Source of the DNA: Utricularia gibba
Lineage: Eukaryota > Plantae > Magnoliophyta
Direction of reading: 5' to 3'
Assembly: GCA_002189035.1 (NCBI GenBank)
Contig: NEEC01000015.1
Coordinates: 620,001-684,000 of the forward strand
DNA: 64,000 nucleotides
Made by a program: the position numbers and the translations under genes. The stretch's first letter is position 1. Every line of letters starts with the position of its first letter. Below the pieces are notes generated by a model that ran no database searches, was not told the DNA's origin, and saw only the letters and a list, made by a program, of their open reading frames with translations. This document shows positions 37,998-51,900 of this stretch, piece by piece.

Positions 37998-40900
37998 ATG
38001 GTCTATGAAGACGCCAAGATTCTGAAGAAACACAAGAACAAGAACAAGCACAAGGGAAAACCACAAGGGGCTGATGCTGAATTCGTTGCAGAAACCGACG
38101 AATATGTAACTCTGAGCAAGAATGGCGAACAAAATGAAGAGAAGGGAACCGTTGATTCGTCTGTTGTTGCTCCCAAGAGAAAAAAGGAAAAACGCGTGGA
38201 AGCTGGAGTACCGGAAATTTTGAAGAAGAAAAGAAAGAAAGACAAACTAAATGACAAGCCCGAGGCCGAGAGCAATGGATTTCATGATAAGCCAGTAGAT
38301 GTTATTGAGAGCAAGGAGATTAGGGAAGACGGGGTTACGATATCTGGCAAGAACGTGAACGACTTGGAATATAGGGCGCTGAACTCGTTTTCAGAGTCCG
38401 GGCTTTCGGGCGAGGTCTTACATTGCTGTAAGAATTTTGAAAAACCGTCACCTATTCAATCTCATGCCTGGCCTTTTCTCCTTAGAGGGCGTGATTTTAT
38501 TGGAATTGCGAAGACGGGTTCTGGTGAGTTTTTTATATTAGATTGCGTTGGTTGAAGTTAGTTTTAAGGTTTATCGGTATAATTCTGGTTTTCCCAGGTA
38601 AAACTATTGCCTTTGGGGTTCCTGCTATCATGCATGTCTTAAATAAGCGAAAGGGTGGATCTTTCAAGAAGAAGAATCCACTATGTCTAGTATTATCGCC
38701 TACAAGGGAGCTAGCTCAGCAAGTACGTTTCACATTGTAAAATATGGGTTTTCCAGCTTGTGCTGCTTTAACTAATTTTACTGCTCAGTCATGTTTACAG
38801 CTTTAAATTGGTACGTTTAATTGTGTAGATTTCAGATGTTATTTGTGATGCTGGGGAACCTTGTGGCCTCAAGTCGCTTTGTGTTTATGGAGGAACTTCT
38901 AAGGGGCCTCAGCTATCTTCGCTCAAGTCTGGTGTGGTATGCCATGAGTGTGAACTCAAACGCTAGTGTCGATATTTGAATAACTTTTGGTCATATGCAT
39001 TGATGCTGATTTTTATAGGATATTGTTATTGGGACCCCTGGTCGTTTGAGGGATTTGATCGAAATGGGAGCGTGCTGTCTCAATGAGGTTTCATTTGTGG
39101 TAAGTGCAAAATTGAAAGTGTGATATTTTCAATGATTTTTGTACCGGTGTTGGTATTTCACATGCTTTTGGGGGTTCTTAGTCCTCTGTCTGGAGAAATA
39201 TTCATGATAAATAAATTATTCTTCCTGTATTAACTTTTTGTAGCCATTGTTTGATTGATTGACGGAAGTAATGAGTTCATGTTTTGATTCATCTGAGTTC
39301 CTGTACAAGTTTCAGATTATACTCTAAAGACATTTTGGCTGATTTTTTTGGCTACTTATTGCATTCAAACTCAATGTTTGCTGTTATATTGATGAAACTG
39401 ATCTCAATGAATTCACTCTCTGTGTATACTGCTTCAGGTACTGGATGAAGCGGATCGGATGCTTGACATGGGATTTGAACCAGAGGTTCGATCAATTCTT
39501 AGCCAGACACACACTGGTATGATTTATATTTAGTTTTGAAATACAATTGGTATGATTTATATTTAGTCTTTATCATACCTTTTTTTTTTGTAAGCAACAA
39601 AGTGCTATACCTTCTCTTCGCCAATCTAATGTTTTTGTTGTTGTAAGTATTCTGTTTTGTTTTCTAATTTGGATTATCCAGATCGACAGATGGTGATGTT
39701 TAGTGCAACATGGCCACCAGCTGTACATCAGTTAGCCCAAGAATTTATGGATCCGTTCCCAGTAAAGGCATGATTACCTGCCGAATTATTGATTGTGTTT
39801 GCCACTTTATGCAGCTGTCCTAAAAAATCATGTCGATCGTTTCTGTTCCAGGTTGTTATTGGCTCAGAAGATTTATCTGCCAACCATGATGTCATGCAAA
39901 TAGTGGAGGTATGCTAGCATTAAAGTTCTACAACATGGTTGATTTCATTGTATTTAAGACGATGGGTATATGTCCTTTCTGATATGGCTTCTCACATAGG
40001 TTTTGGATGAATATGCACGTAATGAGAGACTGCAGGCTTTGCTCGAGAAGTACCATAAGTCTAGAAAGTAAGTGATACTTTGTGTATGATGGTTTATCCC
40101 GGAGCTCTTTTCTTTGGTTTTTTTTTCATTGGAGTTTGCACGTTTTCTCAGTTGTTTTGATCTTTGTAGAGTCCCTGGAGAATCAGGAATACTTTGTCTT
40201 TTTGCAGAAATAGGGTCTTAGTATTTGTGTTATACAAGAAAGAAGCATCTAGAGTGGAGAATATGCTTCAAAATAGGTAATTTGCTCTGGCATTGCCGCT
40301 TCTTTAGTACATGAAGAATCATCTATTGTTTGTTAGTATGGCTCTGGTGGCTGATATTTTTCTGTGATATGTCATGAAAATTCTTAACAAAAGAGGATGG
40401 AAGGCTGTCTCTATTAGTGGGGACAAAGCGCAGACTGCAAGAAACCAGGCGTTGGCCCTTTTCAGAGACGGGACATGTCCTCTTTTGGTAGGCCCTCTTG
40501 ATGAAAAAAACTGTCTTTGCATTTTCTTTCTGATGAGGAATTCGTGGTATGCTATTTTTTTGTGTCTAATCCCACTGTTCTAGATTAAACCTATTCACAA
40601 ACTCCAGAAAATTTCACCTTTCTTTCGTGCCGCCTTCAAGCTTAGACAATCTGTATGCCCTTGTGCAGATAGCAACCGATGTTGCTGCACGAGGTCTGGA
40701 TATCCCTGATGTCGAGGTTGTAATAAACTACAGTTTCCCCCTCACAACAGAGGACTATGTGCACCGCATCGGTCGAACAGGCCGAGCAGGAAAAAAGGGA
40801 GTTGCCCACACCTTCTTCACAAAGGAGAACAAGGTAACATGCACCTATTACTTCTCATCACCTCTGCATCATCCGTCTCTTGACAACATTGTTGTACAGG

Positions 40901-41224
40901 GACTTGCTGGGGAGTTAGTAAATGTTCTCCGGGAGGCCAATCAGATCGTACCCGAGTCCCTACTCAAATTTGGGACTCACGTCAAGAAAAAGGTGCGTTG
41001 TTAAGCCCTCAACTAAGGAACATTCGGCTGTCGGCATGCATGTGAATCAAGTGTTGTTGAAACGCTATATTTTGGCCGGGGTGCAAGTTCTCCCACAGAT
41101 CTTCTAACGATTTATCCTGTGGGTGCAGGAGTCCAAGTTATACGGCGCCCACTTCAAGGAGATCGACGCCAACGCCCCAAAAGCAACAAAAATAAAGTTC
41201 AACGACTCCGAGGACGAAGCTTAG
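37998..41224 (+). CDS. RH5: DEAD-box RNA helicase RH5/STRS1 (Dbp3-like), multi-exon
   Basis: Lys-rich N-terminus, [74 protein letters not shown], ...[16 protein letters not shown]. Confidence 0.95.
39768..39851 (+). other. GC-AG intron in RH5
   Basis: ...CCA GTA AAG|GCATGA ... TTCCAG|GTT GTT ATT GGC keeps MDPFPVK|VVIGSED in frame. Confidence 0.8.
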
Positions 41225-41724
41225 CGTGATGGCGGCAATGACGCAGAGGGGCAATTCCGTCAATTTTGAATTTTGTTTAATTCATTTGAAGATGCCATCA
41301 TTCAAATTCAGGGGTTGTATTGTCTCAATACCATGTTTTATTAGAGTTTAAAAACACACGTCTTTACTGCCGCCGGGTCTCCCATTTTCCGATGCAGTCG
41401 GAATTGAACTCATCGGAATGATTCCGATGGAAGCTTCCATTTTTCGAGATCTATGAGATTGTTTTGAGAATGAACCCAATACGGGAAAACAGCACTGAGA
41501 ATGTTGGGGTGTGTTGTGCACGTTGACTGTTGTGCAAATCCCGAGGCTGCTTCCGTGAACGATGACCGCCACCGCCCCTTCCCCTTGCCTTGCGCATGCC
41601 TAAATCTGGATCAACCGCATGCGCCTGCCTTCTCTCGTCTTTATAACCTCATCAGGGTCTCCTCTCCCGCCCAACTCCAAGCGCCGTCCGTCTAAGTCTA
41701 ACCGGAACGGCATACGCAGTCGCC

Positions 41725-42095
41725 ATGGTTCGACTTTTGGAAAGACGAAGCGTCGGTCGGAATGCTCAGGTGGATTCACTCTCTTCTAACCGAGTGCTGG
41801 GTTAATATAACAATATGATGGATCGGTGTGCTTTCGTGTGTTCTTCTTAGGAGGAGATGGAGGAGTTTAGGGGAGTTGAGGAGCATCCCATGGAGCCAGC
41901 TGATCACCTGGGCCAACCGATAAGCTGCCCACTGCCTCCTCAGCCTTCTGCACTTCTGAGCGTAGCCATCCCGGAAACACACCCGAAACACGCCCAAGGA
42001 AGGACTCTTCTCATCCTTGCAAGATGGCGAGCCCTCAAACGAGTTCAGTTCTCTCAGAAGTCTCGTTCTGTGGTGTAGATGATGTAGTAGAATGA
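41725..42095 (+). CDS. Small uncharacterised plant protein (EHPxEP...CPLPxPS family, recalled as At1g16170/At1g79660-like), strongly shortened
   Basis: TATA-like tttataa at 41640; gccATGG at 41725; exon 1 MVRLLERRSVGRNAQ; GT-AG intron 41770-41850; exon 2 EEMEEFRGVEEHPMEPADHLGQPISCPLPPQPSALLS. The end is either 42095 (spliced via 41962-42023) or 42078 (read-through). Confidence 0.65.
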
Positions 42096-42469
42096 AGGAT
42101 TAAATTGTGCGTTTTTTATTTATTTATACGGAATAAAATAAAATTTTAAATTACAAAACTGTTTTATAGAGTTTGATAAATTAAATTAGTGTGACATTTA
42201 GTATGAACGTATAAATATATATATTTTGGAATAAAAAATTCGATAATTTTTAAAATTCATTTCGAAATTTGAACTTTTAATTTCTCTATAAAAGATATAT
42301 TCATAAAAATTAAATAAATTCACTCCAATAAACGCCCTTGTGCGCTATAGAGTACAGGCTACTGGATCTGGATAATATCGTGAAAGCAAAAGTGAAAAAG
42401 AAGAGAATCACGAGAGTTGAAGTCTGGACCGTGGAGAAAGCAAAAGTGCAAAGGAATATTCACATGAAA

Positions 42470-42500
42470 TGGGCCGTTTTGTTGGGCCGTCGAGAGCCCA
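42470..42500 (+). promoter_or_regulatory. TGGGC-core elements (site II / proteasome-related cis element) upstream of RPN9
   Basis: TGGGCC at 42470 and 42483, AGCCCA at 42495; about 180-210 bp before the ATG. Confidence 0.5.
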
Positions 42501-42679
42501 AATATGCATTTCTTTGGCAAAAAGAAAAGAATTATGTATTAGTAGATCAGTTTGAGAAGCGACATTTCCTTGAACAGCGTATATAAAACCTCTCTGCCCC
42601 TTTTCGCTTTTGCTCTGGAATTTCGCGACGCCGAGGTCCCGCGCAGGGGGTGCGTCTATCGAACCACGGAGGTGAATCC

Positions 42680-45043
42680 ATGCGGCGCTGCAGTATTTGG
42701 AGAGCCTGCGGAATGCGCATCCGGAGCTCTCCGAGTGGTATAACACGCTTTCAGATCTGTACCAGAAGAAGCTCTGGCACCAACTGACGCTTAAACTCGA
42801 ACAATTCGTTGCCCTCGCCGTGTTTCAGGTTCGCTGGCAACCACAGTTCTTTTTGTTCTGTAGATTTTCCTCTTTCGTTGGTAGTTTGTTCATTTTTCTT
42901 ACCATGTATTGTTTGCTGATTTTTCCATTCTATTAGTTGAAATTATTTGGAGTATTCTTGGTGTTGGTTGAACCTGAACTCTGTTAGGTATTGTTTTTCT
43001 TTTTAATTGTTGTGATTAGCTAGGAATCCTTGTTTACTAGCGGTAATTAGTGGATCTTCTTTGCTGTTTCATTTAAGTGTGACTCGAACTTTTGAAGAAC
43101 GTTCACATTTTTCCATGATTATGCTGGAGACCTTTTGTAGTGTTTCTTCATTATGTGCCATCCTAAAGTCCCTTTATTTTGTGTCCTGTGCTAATTTTTC
43201 CTAAAATGTCGTGCATGGAAACTTTCTGTTGTTGTAACCGTTATATCTCATGCTTCGTCATCATGGCTCTGTGACTTTCCTTGTTGAATCATATCTACAT
43301 TGTCCTTTTTCGTGCTTCATTCAGTATTTTCATTGTCATGCTTCAGGCTGGGGATGCGTTAATCCAGCTTTATCACAATTTCATCTCTGATTTTGAGACA
43401 AAGATCAATCTCCTCAAGCTTGCACACTTCGCTGTCATAGTTTCACAGCACTATTCGGAGAAAGAAGCAGCAATAGAATACCTAGAAGGAGTGATTCAGA
43501 AGCTTCGTCACACCAAAGAAGCACGCATAGAGGAGCCAATACTTTATGTTAAAATGCAAATTGCGTTATTCAAGCTTGAGCAGGGAGATAAAAAGGATTG
43601 CAAGAACCTCCTCGAGGAAGGAAAAAGTACACTTAATAGCATGACAGACATTGATCCTACCGTTTACGCCAGTTACTATTGGGTTTCATCACAATACCAT
43701 AAATCTCATCAAGAATTTGCAGAGTTCTACCGATGCGCTCTGCTTTATCTAGCTTACACATCAGTGGAGTCACTTTCAGACTCATTTAAGTTGGTATGAT
43801 ATCCGTAAACTTGCTTTTTATTGTGTAAAATATCATGTATTTCTTGGCAGCATCGTATGTGGTTGTGCTTCACTATCTTCATCAAACATCTCTTTTTGAG
43901 TGCTTGACTGCTAGTTTATATCAACTTTTTTATTTGACTCTCGAAATAATTCCTTCATTTCTCTTCTAGGACTTGGCATTTGATTTATCACTTTCTGCGT
44001 TGTTGGGGACAATATCTACAATTTTGGTGAACTTCTTGCTCATCCAATTGTAAGGAACTTTTTTTCTCTTATCCTCTCGAAGTTTCTTTTCACTGCCACG
44101 TTATGTTCATTGCAAATGCCACATCGCTTTTTGTTCATGTTCCAGGGTAGAGTTAATAATTATATATCTCCTAACCTGTTCACTATCGTATGAACTGTCA
44201 TGAATGAGCATCGGTTGTCATTCTAATGTGTTTAGTTATATTTCTTGCTTAGATGTCTCAGCTGAAGTTTAATTGGTCCTTTCACACTCCATGCAGATAA
44301 AAAGCCTTCGTGGAACGAAAATTGAGTGGCTTTACTATATTCTTGAAGCATTCAATTCTGGTGATTTAGCACGTTATCAGGAGCTATGTCGCGTGCATGG
44401 AGCTGCTTTAAGCACCCAACCAGCTCTAGTCCAGAATGAGAAAAGGCTTCTGGAGAAAATCAACATACTTTGTTTGATGGAGATCATATTCAGGTGATTG
44501 ATGGTAATTGCAATACTGGTTTAAAAATGAAAAAAAAGATCCTCTACCGTACTTATTAAACCCCAATATATGGAACATTTGCAGCCGACCATCAGAAGAA
44601 AGAACTATACCATTGCAAATCATTGCTGAACAAACAAGGCTTGCTGTGGAGGACGTGGAGTATCTTCTCATGAAGAGTTTGTCTGTAAGTCCATGCATCC
44701 ATCCTCTTCCTAAAGTTCGGGTTCCATTGTCTCTTTGATATGCATGCAGTTGCTCTTACAACGTTCCTCATATATCTCTTTCTATTCCATGTCCTGCCTA
44801 AGTTCTAGACCATTTATTTAAGTTTTACTTGCTTTGTGAACAAACAAACCACAGGTTCATCTCATAGAAGGGATCATCGACCAAGTGGAGGGAACTGTTT
44901 ATGTGTCATGGGTGCAGCCACGAGTTTTAGGAATCCCTCAGATCAAGTCATTGCGTGACCGTCTTGATAACTGGGTTGGGAAAGTGCACTCCGCTTTGCT
45001 ATCTGTTGAAGCCGAGACACCTGATTTGGTTGCTGCACCATAA
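42680..45043 (+). CDS. RPN9: 26S proteasome lid subunit RPN9 (PSMD13), multi-exon, two -1 frameshifts
   Basis: M(A)ALQYLESLRNAHPELSEWYNTLSDLYQKKLWHQLT, FETKINLLKLAHF, LSALLG(D)NIYNFGELLAHP, GIIDQVEGTVYVSWVQPRVL, ETPDL. Needs +1 at 42682 and at 44005-44008. Confidence 0.95.
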
Positions 45044-45374
45044 AAATACTGAACTCCACTAAATTTTCAGGTCGTGCTTTCTCTATCCCTTATCTGATGA
45101 ACACAATTTCCTGCGCATGAAATCTAGTTTTCAACTGCGAATGCTGTATCTTGTTTCCTATATTCGGCTATAGTGCAGACCAATGTCTTTTTACACCATG
45201 CTTTTGATTCCGACATTCATTATGCTACCGATAATCTCATTGTTACTATCGAAGTATGGTTCTATTCAGTTGCTAGAGTATCCACCAGCCGGATGCATTG
45301 ATTATTTTGACTTCTGAATAACACTCTGCACAGTATCAGTAGTTCACATGTGGCAGAGCCGCTACAACATGGAT

Positions 45375-47557
45375 TCATGTAGTAATAAAAGATCGAGTTT
45401 CAGGGTCATATATCCCCTCCAACAAGGCTGCAAATACCAAGACAATGAGAGCACCGATTATGGCTGCTCGTATCACTCGGTTACACTGTGAATTCATGAT
45501 CAGGTCATGTTGATATGGTGGCTGCAGTGATCCCAGATCATGAAGCTCCATGCTATGAGAAGCTGATGATTCCAACAGGTGCCTCCCGGCTTTCGGAATT
45601 CGTGTCGATACACCGTAGGAGTCGAGCCTAATGCATATGGTGCAAGTGCACGAACCACCGAGATAAGAAGGCAGAGTTTGGAAAAGCCCTGAGAGCAGCT
45701 TGTGGTATGAATCCCCTTCCATTCTCAGTTTCTTCCTGGTGCTTGGCTTGAGAACCTACCGAGAAAAAACGCAACATGATGCAGCCCACTATCCCAACAC
45801 AAAGACCGGGAGACTTGAATGAGCTAGAGAGCCTTACTTTAATGAATGTATTGGCAATCACTCGAACAACTGGGGGAGCATGTATTATAATCATGCAGCC
45901 CAGAACATTGGGAAAGTGATCCTTCAAAATGTTGCAGCAATATCCCATGGTCTGCATCGGAAACCTGAGAGGAGCCACCCCTTGACAGTCCACCAAGACG
46001 GTGATCTGAGGGTTTGCTTCATCCATCAGATTCGAAATGCCGTACTCCACCTGGGATACTGCATTTGCAGGTAACTAATCCATCAGATGAGCATGAAGAT
46101 GAAATAACCGGTGATGAAGATGAAAGGGGCTGTACCAGATCATGGTTTCCTTTTCATCATCTCCACCTTTAGCAAAAGTATGAATGGATTTTATGAGGAA
46201 AATGGTTTGAAACATTACTTAGTGCCTGAGTGAAGAGAGCTCGGTCACGAGCAGGTATTTGGGTGCATCCCAGGCCAAGGCGGACGAAAAGGCAATGCCG
46301 GAGCTTCACATCCATTCCATGCCAGAAGATGTAATCAGACCATGAGTCGAGCTCTTCCACAGACAGAAATCTGTACGTCTCCCTCCAGTGTACTGTCCTC
46401 TTCACAAGTGATAGCAAGCTGGGAAAATCACCATTTGCATTGACATAATGCCGATGGAGGTCCTTGACAATTCTGAGAAAAAACGCAGCAGTCACACTTC
46501 TGGAAAAAGATGGCAAAAACATTCTTGCAGTAATGGCAACAAAGCCGAGAACTACTACACATCTTGAAGAATCACCATGCTGTAAGCCAGTAGTAGTTCA
46601 CCTGTCTGGTAAAGTTACACCTTGCTTTTGCAGCTCTTTGTAAAGACGGTTCAACACCTCCCTAGGCACCAGGTCTTGAGTGCTGGAAGCTCCAACTCTA
46701 CATGGTTTAAAGAATATTACAAGCAAACAGGGATTGGAAACCGTTAAGATGTTTGCATGCATTTGCTTCTGCTTAAGTAATTATCGATCGAGAAATGTTT
46801 CAGACAAAGCATGTCGGAAGAATACCTTTCGTTCGAGGGTTCAGTGCCCCCACGGGGAGGTGATGACCTTTCAGTTTCACCTGAAGCATCGTCGGTTGAG
46901 TCTGGCTGATCAGAGAAGATATCCACCAATGATATTACTAACATTGGCCGCGATAACGCCTGGAACACGCACACACAAAGAAAAAACATAATATAAGGCA
47001 TGTAGATCAATGAATTCAGACAGAACCCTAAGGAATGATAACTCAGATTAGGAAGTATCTAATATGAGCATTTTCAATCAACGGGCTGGTTTCAAATGGA
47101 CTTTGTTCATGCTGATGGCGTTGGAACAAACACAGAAACCCCAGCAAGCTAAAGGATGATGATCCTGGACTAACATTTGCATTCATTGGATGATGACTTG
47201 GGAATGGTTAACAACAGACACGGAAGAACACCCTTGAATTACAAGACCAACCTGCATCCCCTTGACCAGGAAACTGAGAGGATTCCAGCACTGAACCCAC
47301 TTGAGTGGGGGGTAGCAAAGCACTTGTAAGCGTTGGAGGGCAGTCCAAAAAAATGGGAATTTGGCCTTTGAAACCCTCCGCACACCCTCCAGTGCAATAG
47401 CTTTAATAAAAAACATTGCCAAACGTGCACCATACCCCTTTCTGGAATCCCATTTACTCGAGGCTATCTTTTTCAGAGGCAGCTGCACAATAGCCCCAGG
47501 TCCAGAAGCAATCGGAACACTCATCTCTACATTTCTGTAATCTGAAGATCCAGCCAT
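45375..47557 (-). CDS. CRAL-TRIO/SEC14-like lipid-binding protein, multi-exon
   Basis: AMFFIKAIALEGVRRVSKAKFPFFWTALQRLQVLCYPPLKW, NANGDFPSLLSLVKRTVHWRETY, IFWHGMD, QITVLVDCQG, LKDHFPNVLG, LPSYLGGSCTC. Confidence 0.85.
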
Positions 47558-48152
47558 ACCCAGTCAGTACAAGAGATGATCCGATGCCAACTCCAGCCGA
47601 AACCACAGAAAGTCCGGCAGAGCAAGGGAAGAATGATTTCAATGAAGAAGGGGGGGAGGGAACAGCTAATTTCAGCACCGGAAGAGGCAATCCAGCCAAA
47701 GGAAAACCGGAGAGTTGGGTCTTAAGACTACCGTGTTCGCTTCCGTGCATAATTAATTCACAGCTACACTTCTATTAAATTTGGAGCTAAACTTGAACCA
47801 CGGGTCAACCCGCAACCCACTCGGTTAAACCCTACATTAAATATTCACAAATTAAATAAATTTTTATGTGACATTGTTCTTAGGTGCGTGAAATATTATC
47901 AAAAATAGTAATTGTTCAAAATCTAAAAAAAATAATTTTAGAATTAGAGCATATGAATAATACTTGATAGTAAAAAAAATTTCAAGTAACAAAATTACTA
48001 TTAATTAAACAAACCGAAATTGCACAAATTACTCATTTCCCTTGGGCTTAAGGATTATATGCCCAAGTACATACACATCACTTCAAAGTCGATATGCGCA
48101 GATAGGTTTGGAAAGACATTTTGAGCAGCCTTCTGCTTAGAGTTCATAGGGA

Positions 48153-51100
48153 TTACAGATACTTCACCATGCTTCGACCCTCTGCACTGACTTTTGTGGC
48201 CTGCAGCTGCCTTCGCTTGGGTGCTTTCAGCTGCTGTAACTTCTTGTTCATCTGTTTCCCATGGCGGACAAGGACAACAGGTCAGGATGATTGCCACACT
48301 GCATTTAAATATGGAGCAGAACACTTTTGTTTTTCGACTAACCTTGGCTCGACGTGGATCTTGAGCCATTTGTTTAGATCGTGCCCGGATAGCATCTGGA
48401 TCCACCTTCGATTGTGGGCGTACTACAAAATCCATTGACATCGCTTCAGGCCTTGATGTCAGCTGCCTAGAAGAAGATGATGGGCCAGATTTGGAACCCC
48501 TGTAAAACCACAACAGGAAGAGGTTCAGTCACCAAATTGTTATGTACAAATGCTGAGATGCAGAATGCCACTGTCGCAGCAATTGCATCTTACTTGGAAT
48601 ACTCTGCAGCTAAATCAAGGTCGTCATCTCGTGAAGACATTCCAGTGGCTTTTGTCATTATTCTGTGCACGCACAACAAAGAAAGTGAGTCACAGAGTGA
48701 TGATTTGTACATCAGAGCATGAGCATGTGGAGATGAAACGTGATGGTACTTTTTAGCTGGTCTCCTCGCGACTCTTTCCTCCTCAAAATTTTTCATGTCT
48801 TCAAACCTTGTACTCTTGTTGAATATTGGCCGACTCTGTATACATTCGTTACAGATGTCAATATCATAGCATTTTCATGACACTGCATATGCATGCAACT
48901 TCCAACATGACCATAAACAATCTTTATCTATGTCATGAGGAAAGGAAATAAACAATGAGCTTTTTCACTTATAGAGATCGGGTGTTTCTGAGAAGTGATT
49001 TTGTATGGGAATGCATGTTTATGTGTGCAAGGTAAATAAAAAGTATGGTTTTCAATAGAAAAATAAATAAATAAAAAGACTCAATATTGTTACCCATTTA
49101 TCAACCAACTCTTTAGCAAGTTTCCGGTTTGATGTGGTCTCCTCATCAGACTTCGACAAAAACATGATAACCTACCAAAACAGGAAGCAAAACAAATCAA
49201 GAATCCACTGAAGCTTGAAAAAAGGCAAATGCAAACATTGATATTACAATGATTACATACCTTTCCAAGGCCACTCTTCTTGAGTTGTTCTTTACGATCA
49301 TATTGTTCCAAATCAATTGGAAGCTGCAGGGTGACACAATTATATGATATGTGTCAGGAAATCACTAAGCTGAAAGTACTTACATCATTCAGTATCTTCA
49401 GAACTGCAGCACGGACATTAATATTTGGTAGGCTTCCATCTGGGAGAGGCTCAAGCCAATTCTTCAATAGGGTCAATACCCCATGATCAAGGAACTCATG
49501 TTGAAGTTGTTTCCTGTCATCATAAGCGATCATTAGACCCAACAGATACATCTATGATTAAAAGAAACCCAAAAATGATGTAAAATAACTAACTTTGAAA
49601 GGACATCCGTCAGAAGGGACAATTTCTTCAACTTGTTTATGGCGGGTTTTCCCTGTCTATTCAGTTCTGCATCTTCTTCAGCGACTACTTCTAACTCAGC
49701 CATGACATTCTCAACAAGCAATGCAATTTCCGCAGCACTTTTTTCATTTTTCTTCTTTCTCTTTCCAATCTTGAAGAGCTCTTTTATTTCCTCATCTTCT
49801 TCACCTTCTTCAGCCTGCAAAATGGTCCACATACTTGTCAGAAATCATGGAACCATTCAGAAACAAAAGAATAAAGATCACGATAACAGAAGATTAATAC
49901 TGTATGACGTTGGGTTGGAAGGTAGGATTGCACGGAAAACTATCATGGAAATTTAAAAACTAAAGATGCATAACTAAAGCGGAAATAAAGAAATCATTCT
50001 CACTCCTTATTCCAGAGAACAAAATCTAAGGCAACATGATTCCAACCTGGGGTGCTCGACTAGGAGAATGCTCATAATCATGTCCATATCGGTCAGTAGG
50101 GTCCACACCACTATCATCAATGAAATTATCATCATCCATTGTTCGCATACCTTCTTGGTCATCCTTAAAATTTAGAGGTCAAAAGTCAGTTCATACTCTC
50201 TAAAATATAAAAATATCTTAGCAGTGAGAAATAGCCCACTATTTCAAATATGCCCACTATTCTAAGGACAACTGAGTAAGTGACATTTTTTAAAATAGAA
50301 AGTAAGAAGTAATGTATTTTTCACCATGCGAAGTCTTCGTTTATAATGCACATGAAATAATAAATAATTTGATAATAGGAGACAAATTAACTTTTTCAAT
50401 GAGTAGGCATCGACCATAGAACCTAAAGAACCATGCAGTTAATAGTATGACATCCCACACGCCAACTTTGAAGGTAACATGAGTGCACTAAGTAAAGGGT
50501 GCACACCTCAGAATTGCCACCCGCAATGGTGTCCCACATCTCTTTCATTTCAGGGTCTACCTCGTGCTGGCGCATTCTCCCTCCCCAACCTTCCTAACTT
50601 TGAACTTTCTTTCTCCCTTCTCCCCTTATTCTTTCTCTCAATCCCTTTACCCTTCTCAAATTTCCCATGCTTCATCATTCTTTCATCCATGTAATCATCC
50701 CTGGAGAACCCAGCCCCTTCAGGATCCCCATCATCATTGTAGCCGTCATCCAATTCAAAGTTCACTGGAGCTGAATCCTTCCCAGATGATTTCTTGATCA
50801 ATCGTTTTCGTGGCCTTGCATTTGATTCGTTATACACGGGTGTGAGAGATCGCTCACGGCGATCAGAAAACGCCCAACATCACCATCCAAAATATCATCA
50901 TAAGGAAAATTTTGCTGAGCCTCATCACGGTCAGAAAGAACATCGTCATCAAAGTTCATTAATGGTTCACCATCTTCATCACGGTAACTAGATAAAAAAA
51001 ACCACCGGTTAAAAAATTCAGAACCCTAAAATCAACCTCTTTTCCTAATAACCCAAATCATGCACAAACTACTACCGCAAAAAGAAACAATCCGATGAAC

Positions 51101-51229
51101 AATCCCAGCAGTATATATTAAATTAATCACCATACCAAAAAATTCACAATTCCGAGAAGATTTCATGAACCAAAAAACAAAACACGCGATGTCGAAATAA
51201 AATCTTACGGGTCGTTTTCGTAACCCATG
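48153..51229 (-). CDS. IWS1: Transcription elongation factor IWS1/SPN1 (TFIIS N-terminal domain), multi-exon, about three -1 frameshifts in exon 2
   Basis: MGYENDP|YRDEDGEPLM, RPRKRLIKK, EMWDTIAGG, QAEEGEEDEEIKELFK, PAINKLKKLSLL, EFLDHGVLTLLKNWLEPLPDGSLPN, WSRPIFNKSTRFED, RPQSKVDPD, EGRSMVKYL*. Needs +1 at 50873-50875, about 50622-50625 and about 50583-50586. Confidence 0.93.
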
Positions 51230-51480
51230 AATGAAATTAGATTTTGGAAAAGATCAGTCTTTTGACACAACGTGCATACGCAGAGGAGATTGGCCGATGA
51301 AGCTTGAGAGGGACTGCGTATAAGGAACCCCCAGGGATATTCAGTTTTCTGCAATCAGCAGTACCTCCACTTGGGGATGAAGAAAATTGAGCTGGAACTA
51401 TCACAGGCCCAACGCTGATAAGTTGAATGTTACCAAAATAACATGCGGCCCATTTGACCCAAATGATTATGCGCGCCAGA

Positions 51481-51900
51481 AATTATTTACAGTTTTATTT
51501 GATATAATTGTTGTAAAAAAATATTTTGTGATAAATATTTTTTAAAAAAATCGAAATTTTGATTTTAAATTTTTTAAAAATAAAAAAAACGTATTTAAAT
51601 TTTTAATTTTTTAATTAAAAATTAAACACAAATGATTTCTACTCAAAAAATTTAAAAATTCAGAAATACTTAGTTAAAAAACTACGTAATCTCATTTTCT
51701 ATTTTTTTTCAAAAATATATACTAAAAAATCTTTTTCAAGAAATTATGTTAAAACATAATTCTAAGAGAATTCATAAACCCAATCAAGGGCACTAATAAT
51801 GTTTTCAAAGAACTGTTGATAAATAATTAAATATAGTTAATTGATAAATAATTAAAGATAATATTTTTTATATTTATATAATTAACATCGTCATTAGCAT
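51481..51900. other. Extremely AT-rich tract in the divergent IWS1/GYRA intergenic region, with a 16-bp direct repeat
   Basis: Long A/T runs; ttgataaataattaaa at 51816-51831 and 51841-51856. Confidence 0.65.

Noticed and set aside
41348-42020. Minus-strand FANTASTIC FOUR-like remnant (KRVNPP...DGRRLEL...REGRRMRL)
   Set aside because: The match is weak and interrupted by stops. The same DNA is better explained by a plus-strand gene with TATA, start context, splice sites and a family motif.
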